Made by a program: the position numbers and the translations under genes. From Hemiscyllium ocellatum (taxonomy: Eukaryota): a stretch of 64,000 bases of DNA. The stretch lies in contig NC_083448.1 of NCBI RefSeq assembly GCF_020745735.1, positions 6,942,006 through 7,006,005 of the forward strand, written 5' to 3'. This document shows positions 12,281-48,555 of the stretch, in pieces (position 1 is the first letter of the stretch; the number at the start of each line of letters is the position of its first letter). Below the pieces are notes generated by a model. The model did no database searches and was not told the DNA's origin. It saw only the letters and a list, made by a program, of their open reading frames with translations.

Positions 12281-12620
12281 GTGGGGCGGGGGGGTGGAGG
12301 AGGAACGGTTTGGAATCCGGGGGCGATTGTGACGTCTCGTACCAATGCGGTACCGCGCTTGCGCAGGAGTTCGAGCCGCCTCAACGGGTCAGAGTTTGAA
12401 TGTTTGAATTGGTGTGACGGTTTTTCTCCCCCTGTCCCCGCGAGCGGGGGGGGCGGGGTCTGGGTCTGGGTCTGGGTCTGGGTCGGACCTTCTGTCGGTG
12501 CTGCACGAGAGCCCTGTCCCCTGTCCAAGCAGCAGCTCCCGCTCCTCGAGCTGGGAGTGCCACACAATATTCCATCCCCCGTCCGTCCCTGACAGGGCCG
12601 GGGTGAGTGAGTGGGAGGGA
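12280..12620 (+). promoter_or_regulatory. CpG-rich BRF2 promoter and probable non-coding first exon
   Basis: GC box at 12283-12290, CRE-like TGACGTC at 12330-12336, CCAAT at 12342-12346, NRF1-like GCGCTTGCGCA at 12355-12365. A polypyrimidine tract plus AG ends at 12878, 4 nt before the ATG, which implies an upstream 5' UTR exon. Confidence 0.6.
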
Positions 12621-12882
12621 GAGAAACCCAGTCAAACCTCACAGCTTCCAGGAGGGCTGCCCACCTACCAGATCAGGAGGACTCTGCTTCCTTTCCCAGC
12701 CTTTCAAATCCAACCCCCCGAGCCAAGGAGGTGGCAGCACAGGCCTTGAATCTTCTCAACCTCGAGGTGAGACGGATTCTCCATCAACAAGGGACTAGCC
12801 TCTCCTGCTCTGTGTATTGCATGTCTGTCTGTTGGCACTTTCTCAGTGACTCAACTTGTTCTCTTTTTCGGTCTCCAGAAAG

Positions 12883-15800
12883 ATGCCTGGCCGTTGCCCG
12901 GAGTGTGGCTCCTCTGAGGTGGTCGAGGATTCCCACTACAGCCAGAGCCACCTGGTGTGCACCGAGTGTGGCTTCCTGCTGACCGAGGGGCTGCTCACCA
13001 CCACACGCTCCGAGGAGACTTTCTCCCAAGGTACCAGCCCCATCCTTCACAAGAGTCCCAACGGTGCAGCAAGATAGTCTGCACCGACCAGCCGACGAAC
13101 CGTCCTCCGAGGCGAAACTGAGGACTGCAGATGCTGCAGATCAGAGTCTAGGTTAAAGAGTGGTGCTGGAAAAGCACAGCAGGTCAGGCAGCACCCGAGG
13201 AGCAGGAACGTCGACGTTTCGGGCAAAAGCCCTTCATCAGGAATGAGGCTGGGAGCCTCCGGGGTGGAGAGATAAATGGGAGTGGGGTGGGTCTGGGGAG
13301 AAGGTATCTAAGAGTCAAGTCTGATTCAGGACACAGTTGAAGTGCTTCAGGGCAGAGGAGATGACCTGGGGGTTGCAGTGAGAGAGAGAGAGACTCACTG
13401 AGATCTTTGTAGAGAGAAGAGAATTTCTTCAAGGTTGGCATCCTGGCAAGTGGATTTGCAGTAAGGTTATAATCAACTAGGCGCAAGTGAGGACTGCAAA
13501 TGCTGGAGATCAGACCCAGTTCCCCCACCTGTAATTAGCTTGGGAAGTCCACCTGCACATATTTGGACTTTGGCAGCGGGAAACACATGCAGACATGGGG
13601 AGAATGTGCAGACTCCACGCAGACAGTCACCTGGATCCTGGTGGCACCTATGGTCGCGTGGTGATCCAGTGGTTAGCATTGCTGCCTCACAGCGCCAGGG
13701 ACCTGGGTTCGATTCCCTCCTCGGGCGACTGTCTGTGTGGAGTTTGCACATTTCTTCCCTGTGCCGATGTGGGTTTTCTCTGGACGCTCCAGTTTCCTCC
13801 CACAGCCCACTGTGCCTCGGTACACATGACAATAAATTTCAGTTCAATTCAATTCACAGTCCAAAGATGTGCAGGTTAGGTGAATTGGCCATACTAAATT
13901 GCCCATCGTGCTAGTCACGGGTAAATGTTGGGAAATGGGTCTGGGTGGGTTACTCTTTGGAGGGTCGATGTGAGCCAAATGGTCTGAGGGAATCTCATCT
14001 AAAAAAGTGCCTGAGACCGGAATCAAACACGGGTGATGATAGCCACTGTGCCACCCCACTTCTGAATGATTCATGCAGTAGTTCCCTGATCTTGAGCAAT
14101 ACACACGAAATAAGGGGATCCCATTGGACCAGCAGAGCTTATATTCATCCCTCTTAAATATCTGGGGGAAGGGAAGATTTGCTATGCCTACTGCTCATGA
14201 TTGCCACGATGGTTGAGAAACTTGAATTGTCTCCAAAATATAGACTAGCTCGTAACGCTTATTCAGTAGCCTGCCTATGCAATTTTTAAATGCCCCTCTC
14301 TGCTTCTTGTGATAAACATTTTTCTTTTTCTAACCTGCATTCTCTTGCTGCAGGCTCTGAATCACTGGAAACATTCTTTCTCAATTTCTTTATGCTTTTT
14401 TTTAACTCTAACTCTTCAATCTTGATAATAATGATGAAAGAAAAGTCAAAACTCTTCATTCATAAATAAAACCATACACTGGATATCTAAATGAAAAATA
14501 GAAAACATCGGAGAATCTCAGCAGGCCTGGCTGAATTTGTGGAGAAAGAAACAGAATTAATGTTTTGACATTGATTATGACTCTTTTTCATCTGAAGATG
14601 TTGCCAGACGTCTGTAGCATTTTCTGCTTTGGTGGAGTCAGAAATATATAGCATGGAAACAGACACTTCGGTCAAACTCGCCCCATGCCATCCAGATATC
14701 CTTAATTAATCCTGTCCCATTTGCCAGCATTTGACCCATATCTTTCTAAACACTTCCTGTTCATGTACCCATCCAGGTACCTTTTAAATGTTGTATTTGT
14801 AACAGCCTCCACCATCTCCTCTGGCAGCTTATTCTATACATGCAGCACCTGCTGCATGAAAAAAATTGCCCTTGGATCCCTTTTGAATCATTCAAATTAT
14901 AATTCCTTTTTTGTTTGTGGTTTATTTCAGAACTGTCTGTCTCTGTGTGTTAGAGTGGTGATTATGATCAAAGGAGATTTTTATTCAGTCATATACTGAT
15001 GAGAATTACCTTGCTTAGTTTTGTCCTGCCCAAGTTATGGGATTAATCATAAATTGTTTATTTTTGTTTAAGTTATAAACTTGGTGTCCAAGATGTGTTA
15101 TCTCTCTAGTCTGCTTGGGAACAATTGGGCAATTTTGAGGGTCATTAAATAGTTTAATTTCACTTTGTTGTAAATCCAGTGATAATTAAGGCTGATTTTA
15201 ATTTGGCTTACTATCGCTGGTTGTAACATAATTTCATTACACAAGACAGTGCCCTAGGTGAACTGCACATAGTGCAGTCTGAGGGAAATTTTCTGCAAAA
15301 CTTGAATAATACCTTAATTGTCCTATGTTATTCCTCTTACCAGAACATATATTAAGCTTTTGAACAGTCTTCCGAAGTTGAGGCATCACTTTTAACGTTT
15401 TGGGAAATTAAGCTTCAAACTCCATCTTCTCTTCCACCCAAAGTATCATTAATATCTTGACATTTTGGGGAGGAGAAATGACACGCACATTGGGTACCAG
15501 TGAGAACGTGCACATGGAGGAAGAAGATCTGTGCTGGGGAAAGGTGTATACATGTCTCAATGTTAAATGGCATTGTTGAACGTTGTTTGTTTCTATCTTT
15601 TTTCACAGCAGTGAGATATAGTGAGAGCACGGCAGAGGTGAAAAAGCCTTGTCGCAACCAGATACAAGGTAAGATATGAACAGTGAAAGGAGAGGTCACA
15701 AGCCCTCACCAGAAATTAATGTTTTGGTTTGATCATCCTTTGTCTACAACTGATGTTTTTTAGGAACCGTTCTTATGCTTTGGTCACTAACATTGTACTA

Positions 15801-18800
15801 AGTGTTTCAAAGCGAGAAATGCGAAGTGATGCATTTTGGAAGGTCGAGCTTGAATGCTGAATACAGGATTAAAGATAGGATTCTTGGCAGTGTGGAGGAA
15901 CAGAGGGATCTTGGTGTTCATGTACATAGATCCCTCAAAGTTGCCACCCAAGTGGATAGGGTTGTTAAGAAAGCACATATGCTGTTTTGGCTTTCATTGA
16001 CAGGGGAATCGAGTTTTAGAGCTGTGAGGTTTTGCTACAGCTTTACAAGTCCCTGGTGAGACCACACTTGGAATATTGTGTCCAGGCTTGGTCGCCCTAC
16101 TATAGGAAAGACACAGAGGCTTTGGAGAGGGTGCAAAGAAGGTTTACCAGGATGCTGGAGTGTTTGTCTAATGAAGAGAGGTTGACTAAGCTCAGAATTT
16201 TCTCGCTGGAGAGAAGGAGGAAGAGAGGTGACCTGACCGAGGTATACAGCGTAATGAGCGGCATGGATAGAGTCAATAGTCAGAGACTTTCCCCCAGGGC
16301 AGGATTGACTGGCATGAGGGGTCATCGTTTTAAGATATTAGGGGAAAAGGATAGAGGAAACGTCAGAGATAGGTTCTTCATGCAGAGAGTTGTGAATGCA
16401 TGGAATGCGTTGCCAGCGATGGTGGTAGAAGCAAAGTCATTCGGGACATTTAAGCGACTGCTGGACATGCACATGGACAGCAGTGAATTGAGTGGTGCGT
16501 CAGTTAGGTTATTTTATTTTACATTAAGATTAATCTTCGGCACAACGTTGTGGGCCGAAGGGCCTGTTCTGTGCTGTATTTTTCTATGTTCTAAAGCCAT
16601 GGTTTGAGGTTGGGACACTCGGAAGGTAATGTTATCTGTCTGAAAACAACATGCACCATACATTGAGGCTAGACATGAAATCATGTTGATTCAGTGTCAG
16701 TGTTTGGTCCCTGAGGGGAGATGAACTGATGGCTGAGAGCTGAAGTGTTCATTGGCAGCACTATCTCAACTGTTCACTTGGAGGAAGGTAAGTAGGGATT
16801 TTGTGTGTGTGCAAGAGGGAGATGACCTACCCAGCCTTGACAAATATTTGGAATTAATCAAAACAAAGGAAATTGGAGACCTCCTTAGTTTTACATATGT
16901 GATCTTGCCTTTTTAAAGTGAAGGTCTTACTGTAATTTAGAAACAGTTGTGAACAGCAATCTCTCTCAAATACAAAACTGACCAGCTTTCATTGCTGTTG
17001 ATTTCGAGGGTTCACTCACATTGGAGAACTTCTGAGCTGTTCCAAATAATGTTGTGGGATTTTTTACAACCCATCTCCGAGGGTATCAATGTCTCAGGCA
17101 GAAATAGTCACTTTCAACAGTGTAGCTGCCACAGTGCAGAACTGGCCCTGACTTTAAATAGTGCGCCAGTCCCTCATTGTTTCTGAGTACAAGGTGTTGC
17201 CAGTTATATTATTACTACTTGTTTCCTGGCGCTACTGCTCTAACCTGGTCGTTCTCCAAATCTGCACCTCTCTCTCTTCTCTCACTCTTTGTCCAGGTCA
17301 GAAGAGGGTACACGACCTGTGTCGGATTTTGCGAGTACGTCCACTTGTCGAAGACACAGCCAGCGAGCTTTATCTGAAAGCGTATGAACATCAAAGCTTC
17401 CTGCATGTCACTCTGGAGAAGAAAGAAGCCTTGGTGGGCTGCTGTGTTCACATCTCCTGTCGCCAGCACAATTGGCCTCTGACCCTGAGTACCATCTGCT
17501 CACTGCTTCACGTGGAGCCCACCCTGTTCTCCACTGTCTACCAGCACCTGCTGAAAGAGTTAAGATTGGATATTCCAACTCTCAGCCTTCTGGATCTTGT
17601 GAAAACTCACTGTGATGGGTGAGTATATCCACCTTTTATCCTCGAACTTGCACCTAGCATCCACTGTGTTTAAGTAGCTTCACTGCTGCAAATGAGACTC
17701 ATTAAAGCTGCTTTGCTATAAGTAAGGATTGTAAGAAACAGGCAGTCAGGTACAATGTCTGTGTAAGTTTGGCATTCTGCCTCTGTAGGCCACAGATGTT
17801 GTTCTCTTTCCCACCCACTCTAACCGGATATCTGATTTCACTGGCTTGTGGGTCATTTATCCTGTTTTTTGGGTGTACTCTATCCTTGTGTGGGTGGGGG
17901 TCACAAATATGCAGAACACTTGGGTTCAAGCTGCCCGATGCAACGGTGTCATTTGCAATGAGTTAAGTCTCATTTGAAAGAAATCCCATCAGCAAGCTCA
18001 GGATGCAATATCCAAACATAAAATGGGTTCAAGTGATCAGTTTAATCCTGAGTTAATGAACAAATGACCTCCTCTTTTCTTCCTCCTCCTTTCCTGATAA
18101 TGTCCTGATCCCCCTGCCCTCGCTACAGCCCAGGTTTGTCCTCAGACTCTGCATCGTGCCTGTTTCCACCCACATCCCTGATTGAATGTGTTCACTGCAT
18201 TCTCTGAGCCTGTGATGGGGTTTCCTGTCAGTTTTGAGGCTAATGCGATTTATGGGCACCCAGGTGCTATTGATCACAGCTAGTGGTTTCTACTACCCCA
18301 CCATCGCTCCATGAGGTGTTGCTTAGCTCACATGTTCTGATTGAGGGGCACTGGAGGTACAATAACAAACAAAGACCCTCTATTTCAAACAACCTGACCA
18401 CCATAAATGACATGCTGTGTCTCACGAAAGTTCAATTTCCCCCACCACAGGTAAAACCATGCTGGCATCTTTATTACAAAACAGACAGGCAGAGACTGGA
18501 AGAACATAGCAAGCCAGGCAACGTTGGGAGGTGGAGAAGTTGATGTTTCGAACGTAACCCTTCTTCAGGACACTTTGAACATGCTTGCTATGTTCTTCCA
18601 GTCTCTGCCTGTCTGTTTAGGATTCCCACATCTGCAGGTTTTTTGTCATCTGTGTTATCACATGGAGATAGGTAGCCAAACCAAATCAGACTTTCAACTC
18701 TTCTTCACAACACAGGGACATTAAATCGTCAAGCACCCCAGTCAGTCAGTCCAGTGGTTCAGAGCTATAAATAACCAATTCCAAACTTTGTGAATAGAGC

Positions 18801-21800
18801 CATATACAGTCTGGAAACAGACCCTTTGGACCAATTAGTCCATGCCAATCATATTCCCAAACTTGCCCCACTTGCCTGCGTTTGGTCCATATCTGACAGA
18901 TTGGTGTGAAACTTGAAAGCGTTCAAAAAAAATTGACAAGGATGTTGCCAGAGTTGGAGGGTTTGAACTATGGGGAAAGGCTGAATAGGCTGGGGCTATT
19001 TTCACTGGAGTGTTGGAGGCTTGGGGGTGGCCTTATAGAGATTTATGAAATCATGTGGGGCATGGATAGGGTGAATAGACAAGATCTATTCCCTGGGGCA
19101 GGGGAGTTCCAAACCAGAGGGCATCGGTTTATGGTGAGAGGGGAAAATTTTAAAGGGATCTAAGGGGCAACCTTTTCTTGCAGAGACTGGTGAGTGTATG
19201 GAATGAGCTGCCAGATGAAGTGGTGGAGGTTGGTACAATTACGACATTTAAAAGACATCTGGATGGGTATATGAGTAGGAAGGCTTTAGAGGGAAATGGG
19301 ACGAGATTACTTCAGCATATCTGGTCAGCATGGACAAGTTGGATGAAAGCGTCTGTTTCTGTGCTGTTCATCTCCATGACTCTATATCCCTCCAAACCTT
19401 TACTATTCAGCTACTTAGCCAAATGTATGTGAAACGTTTTAGCTGAATTTGCATCAATCACTTCCTCTGATTGTTCATCTCACACGCTAAGCACTCCTGG
19501 TGAAAAACGGTTTCCCATCACATCCTTTTTAAATCTTTGCTCTCTCGCCTTAAAAATATGCTCCCTGGTTTTCAGCTCCCCCATCCAAGGGACAAGACCT
19601 TTGCTATCCACCTTACCAATGTCCTTGATGATGATGTAAACCTCTATAAGGTCTCCCCTTCAATCTCCTACACTGTAGTCAAGAAATTTCCAGCCGATGC
19701 AGCCAACTTTTATAAGTCAAGCCCTCCAATCCTGGCAACATCCTGGTAAATCTTTTCTGAGCCCTCTCCAGTTTAATAATATCCTTCCTGTAACAGGGTG
19801 ATTAGAACTGCACGAAGCGTGATGTGATGGAAATTTCCCCGCTTGCCCGATAGCAGCAGCTCCAACAACACTCAACAAACTCGACAGCATCGACAAGGAG
19901 GCAGCCTGCTTGGTTGGCACAACATCCACAACTATTCACTCACTCCGTGGGAACACCATAACCTGTAAGTTATCCTCGAAGCCACTCACCATCCTGTCTT
20001 GGAAATATATCGCCATTCCTTCAATGTCAGTGGATCAAGGTCCTTGAATTCAAGAAGCAGCTCATCACCACCTTCTCAAGGGCAATTAGGGATGGGCAAT
20101 AAAATGTTGGTCAGCCAGCAACATTGACTGAAAAAAATTTAATTTCCAGACCCTAGTTTTGTACGAAAAACAAAAGGCTTAATTATTCATGAAATACACA
20201 ATAACTTTAGCAGCATGTTGTTTAATGTCTGTGCCTTAAAGTGCAAACTTTTTTTTAATCCCATTTACAGTGAAGACAGACAAATGAACAGTGAAGGGAT
20301 ACATTATAAAACAAACAAAACTGATCAGATCATTTCAATGGCATTGTTTCACTGGCATAAATGTGCACCCAGTAGTTGATTTTTCTGAAATGTTGATCAG
20401 GATCACTTTATCAGTTCAGCAAGGCACAGGAAGCGATACTTCTTAGTCAACTCTCCACTCTTTGGGCTTCCTGAAGCTGGTTCAATAGGTTAGACAGGAA
20501 GCATGTAAAATCTTCATGCTGTTTCAGAAAACATAGATTAAAAGAAAACTTTATTTCTAGCTCCATCCTGACAGACTGAATGACACTTCCTGAGGCCTCA
20601 ATTACTATTGAACAACTGCCCAGCTGTTTGTACACAGGATCTCCTCCAGACTTGCCAGAACCAATTCTCAGGTACTGACCTCACTTAATAGCCAACCTCT
20701 TTCTTTTCAAACACAAAACTCTTCCCTGGGATCGATGCGTAAGTTCAAACCTTGTAAAGAAACAAACTTGTTCGTTCTTTTAACTCTAAGCTGTTTCAAA
20801 GTCATTTCCATTTCTCAATTCAAAATTAATGAAATAAATAAAAATCACCTGCGGGATCTTGATAAATTTGGATTTAATTATCCCTTCGTCTATAACTTGT
20901 GTGAAGTGTCGACAATCAACTCTTAATAACTAGAATGTTTTAAACTAGGAAACTGGTGAATTGACCTCCAAAGTCTCCAAATGACTTCGAATGTGAGGAG
21001 GCCAAAACAACAATAGGTATTTGCAGGATTCCAAACAAGATCTTAGAGGTCTTGCCGATGGGTAAAATACTTTTGTCTTTGAGACCTGATGAATGCACCT
21101 TAAACTCAGGTTCCCTAGCTATTATTTATATCTACCTTTAGAGATGTCCACAATGTGAACCCAGATTTCCTTTCTTCATACATTGTCTTTGATGCTGTTC
21201 TCTTGAATGATGTGTGTGATGTGTATCAAGCATAACTCTATACATTTCAAATACACATTGCCGAATGGCTGGGTAATGGTCTGGGGACCCAGGTCCAAAT
21301 CCCGCCATGGGAGATGGTGAATTATAAATTCAATGAAGATCTGGAATTAAGAGTATGATAATCATAAATCTGTTATCAATATCAGGAAAACACCCCACTT
21401 GGTCCACCAATGTCCTTCCTACAAGTGACTTCAAAACTCAGAGCAACGTGGTTGATTCTTATCCTCCCTCTGGGTAATAAATGCTGAACCAACCAGTGAA
21501 GCTCTCCTCCCATCAATGAATACGCAAAGATTTTCATTTGTCAGCAAATTTACACTTCGTTAATAAAAACTGGAGAGAGCAATCGTTTCAGGGCTGATCC
21601 TGGTGACCAGTCTCCCAACCAATTGAGATCTGTCTTGCTTTTTCTGGCAAGTCAGTTCCCAGCCCACGTCAATGTATTATCAGTAACCATGTACAGTCCT
21701 TTCATCAAAGTACTAGTCTCATCCCTTGTTGCCCTTGAGAAGTGGTGGTGAGTTGCCTTCTTGAACCACAATGCGGCAAGAGAGGAAAATCAAGGGTTTT

Positions 21801-23536
21801 GACCACGCTACAATGAAGAAGCGGCAATATATTTCCAAGTCAGGATGGTGAGTGGCTTGGAAGGGAACTTGCAGGTGGTGGTGTTCTGTGTATCTGTTGT
21901 TTTTGTCCTTCTACATGGAAGTGGTTGGTAGTTTGAAAGGCACTGTCAGGATCTTTGCTGAATTTCTTTAGTGCATCTTGTGGATGGTGTCCACTGCTGC
22001 TCCTGAGTGTCAGTGCTGGAGTGGGTGAATGTTTGTGGATGTGGTACCAATCAAGTGGGCTGCTTCCTTGTTGATCCTGTTAAGTTTATTGAATATTGTT
22101 GGAGCTTCGCCCAACCAGACCAAGTGTGGACTTTTCCATCTCATTTAGGATTCTCACTGCAGAATGCCTAACCTCTGCAGCCCCAGTATTTATTAAGCAA
22201 GTCCAATGTGTATATCAACATCCTGGGTATTCTGTTGACCAGTGTGGGATTTAGTGATGGTGATATAATTGAATGCTAATGGGTGCTGGTTCGATTTTCA
22301 CTTGTTTGACATGATCATTACCCATCAATGCTAATATTACCTGCCACATATTAGCCTGAACCTGGATTTTGTCCAGGACTTGCTGCATCTGGAGATGGAC
22401 TGCTTCAGTATCTGAGGAGTTTGGAATGTTACTAAGTCATCAACAGTGAACATTCCACTCCTAACCTTATGATGGAATCAAAATTGTGGATGAAGCATTT
22501 TAAGGTGGTTGAGTTTTTGACACTACCCTGTGGTTGGTGGGCCTGAAATGGTGGGCCTGCAATTAGCCAGAGCTAATCTTGTTTTGTGCAAGCTCAAACT
22601 CCAACCAGCTCCTTATGATAATGTTCTGGTGAGTTTTGTTAGGGCTTCTTGATGTTGGGGACAGTCATTCTCCCCTCTGAAATTCAGCTGTAACGAAATC
22701 TGGAAAACAGAGTATGTTATTGCTGTACGTAAGTGTATCCAGTCTATTTTTCTTCTGAATGTCACTCTAATTGTAGGTTTTTTGTTTTTGTCCCTCTCTG
22801 CAGTTTTAATTTGTTCCAGAATTCTGCATCAATCCCATCTCAGTTTCTGGAGAATAAAGACAAGGTGGTGGAACGTGCCATGCAGCTTGTGGAGTTGGCC
22901 AGTGAGACATGGCTAGTGACTGGGAGACACCCAGTGCCTATTATCACGGCAGCTGCTTACCTGGCCTGGCAGTCACTGCTACCTGGACACCGTCTGAAGT
23001 GCAGCCTGGGAAAGTTCTGCAAGTTGGCCGGAGTCAGGCAGCCCCCACCTGCCTCTCAGCGGGTGAAGGAAATGCTTGACATTCTAGTCACGTTGGCATC
23101 ACAACTGGCCTGGCTGGTCCCACAGCAGCTTGATGCCAAGACTGTGGTGAAATATACCGATGATATTCTCCGCCACCGTACCCTGTTACTCAGGCAAACG
23201 CTAAGTCTCGCGAGTACAAAGAACACAGATGGGCAGACAGACCCAAGTGAAGGAATAGAAACGAGTGGGGAGGCTGAGGCTGGGAACGGTAGTGGGGAGA
23301 TGGTACCCTCCCTTGTGGAGCACCCAGATACGTCAAGGCGGAAGCGCACAATGCCAATCTTCCTCCCGCCATGTCTCAAACAAAGGAAATGGAAGAAGGC
23401 ATGCCCAGAAGCAGAGACCACCCTCCACACTGAGCCAACCACGGGAGAGGAGGAGATATCTGACAGTGAAATTGAGCAGTACTTGAGGACGCCCGAGGAG
23501 ATGGCAGCCTTCAAGTCAGCACGTGCCATCCTGTAA
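12883..23536 (+). CDS. BRF2: Transcription factor IIIB 50 kDa subunit BRF2, complete CDS (~420 aa)
   Basis: Exons: 12883-13030 ([30 protein letters not shown], zinc ribbon), 15609-15668, 17297-17618 ([22 protein letters not shown]), 22804-23536 ([17 protein letters not shown]...LPPC...[12 protein letters not shown]). Total 1263 nt, GT-AG, in frame. Confidence 0.96.
13111..13513 (-). mobile_element. Penelope-like element remnant with partly tandem pseudo-LTR and hammerhead motif
   Basis: tgaggactgca(g/a)atgctg occurs at ~13119 and ~13488; minus-strand CTGATGAAGGGCTTTTGCCCGAAACGTC at 13213-13240. Confidence 0.7.
13550..14000 (+). mobile_element. HE1-like SINE(s): a minus-strand fragment followed by a plus-strand copy
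   Basis: tRNA-like A/B boxes (gtggttagcattgctgcctcacagcgccagggacctgggttcgattcc). Confidence 0.8.
15810..16593 (+). mobile_element. CR1 LINE 3' fragment (BRF2 intron 2)
   Basis: [32 protein letters not shown]; ctatgttcta tail. Confidence 0.9.
18480..18618. mobile_element. Penelope-derived palindromic element
   Basis: Inverted arms aacagacaggcagagactggaagaacatagcaagc / gcttgctatgttcttccagtctctgcctgtctgtt around a degenerate minus-strand CTGAAGA..GAAACATC motif. Confidence 0.6.
18900..19385 (+). mobile_element. CR1 LINE 3' fragment
   Basis: [33 protein letters not shown]. Confidence 0.85.
19390..20110. mobile_element. Mixed LINE remnants (CR1 minus; other LINE 3' end plus)
   Basis: Shares gccactcaccatcctg and caccaccttctcaagggcaa motifs with 21720-21860 and 34120-34270. 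Confidence 0.55.
21715..22700 (-). mobile_element. Degenerate LINE remnant
   Basis: gttgcccttgagaag..ggtggtgag 3' end plus decayed RT-like sequence. Confidence 0.55.
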
Positions 23537-24677
23537 ATGGTACTCCCTAATCACTCACTCAATGATGCTGGCAGTGCTTGTTGCAGAGAAGCAGTGCCTC
23601 TTTGTGCTATGTCCAGAGTGTCTGAGGTGAATGAGGACTGAAAGCTACCACACTCCTGCTAGCTGGTAAATTAGTATGTTGTTGCTGTGCAGAAGGTGTA
23701 TCGAGTCTATTTGTTTTCAGAATGTCACTCTCACTGGAGTTATTTTTGTCCCTCTCTACAGTTTTAATTTGTTAGTTGTAAATTGGACTGATTAGAGTTA
23801 CGTGCATTGTGAAATCTGGTGCCAGGAGATATTACATTTCCAGTGGGACTGCCGGTCACTGGATTCGAGAGCCAGAAAATCTGTTTCAGTGAAGTTATAA
23901 AATTTGACTAGGTCACTCCATCTATTTGGTACCATCGAGCAGCACCACCTCCGAAATATTTAATTCAGGAGCATAAGATTAAATCTTTTACATTTTAATG
24001 TCAAAATAACATTTTCATCGTCCTTTTCCCAGACAGACTGGACAAGCTTACACCAATCCCCATATCTTTGCTCTGACGAAGGAATCATTCTCAATAAAAC
24101 AAGCACCTCATTTTTAAATATGTCCACTTTTACCTCCTGGTTTGAATCTATCGACAAACAACAAGACAACAAAACCCCAGGTGTATTCATGTGATTCACT
24201 CGTCATCAGCCATACATACAACTGAAAAGTGTACACCTATGTTAACCTTAGAAAAGTCAAAGTCTTTCACCCCATTAAATATTTGGAAGCAATGACAACA
24301 GAACCTTGTACCTGACATGCCCTGAGTCATGGTCAAGTGGAAAGCAGAAATAGTGCATGGCTGAAGGTGACAAGAATGAGAAGGGAAGTGCAAGTCAGAC
24401 ATAACACTCAGGTTCCAGCGGTGATTTATCCTGTTAACAGGACTCCATCTCGGAATTGTGTCCTGCTGACAGGAGGAACAGGTAATTCCATAGTTCAAAT
24501 TTAAGGTCGGATTCTGAAGAGGATGAGAAGAAACGTGTTGTAAACTCACGAGCAGGTGATCAAACTCAGCTGAACATAAAAAGGGGAACTAGAAGAGAGA
24601 TGAGTTGTCAATGTGTTTGCTGGAAACATTCCAGTTCCACTTCACCGGTCTCTTCAGAAAGAGCTACGCAGTCAGTC

Positions 24678-48555
<23,878 letters not shown>

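Noticed and set aside
13655-13720. tRNA-like A/B boxes here and in other SINE heads
   Set aside because: These are the 5' parts of tRNA-derived SINEs, not cloverleaf tRNA genes.
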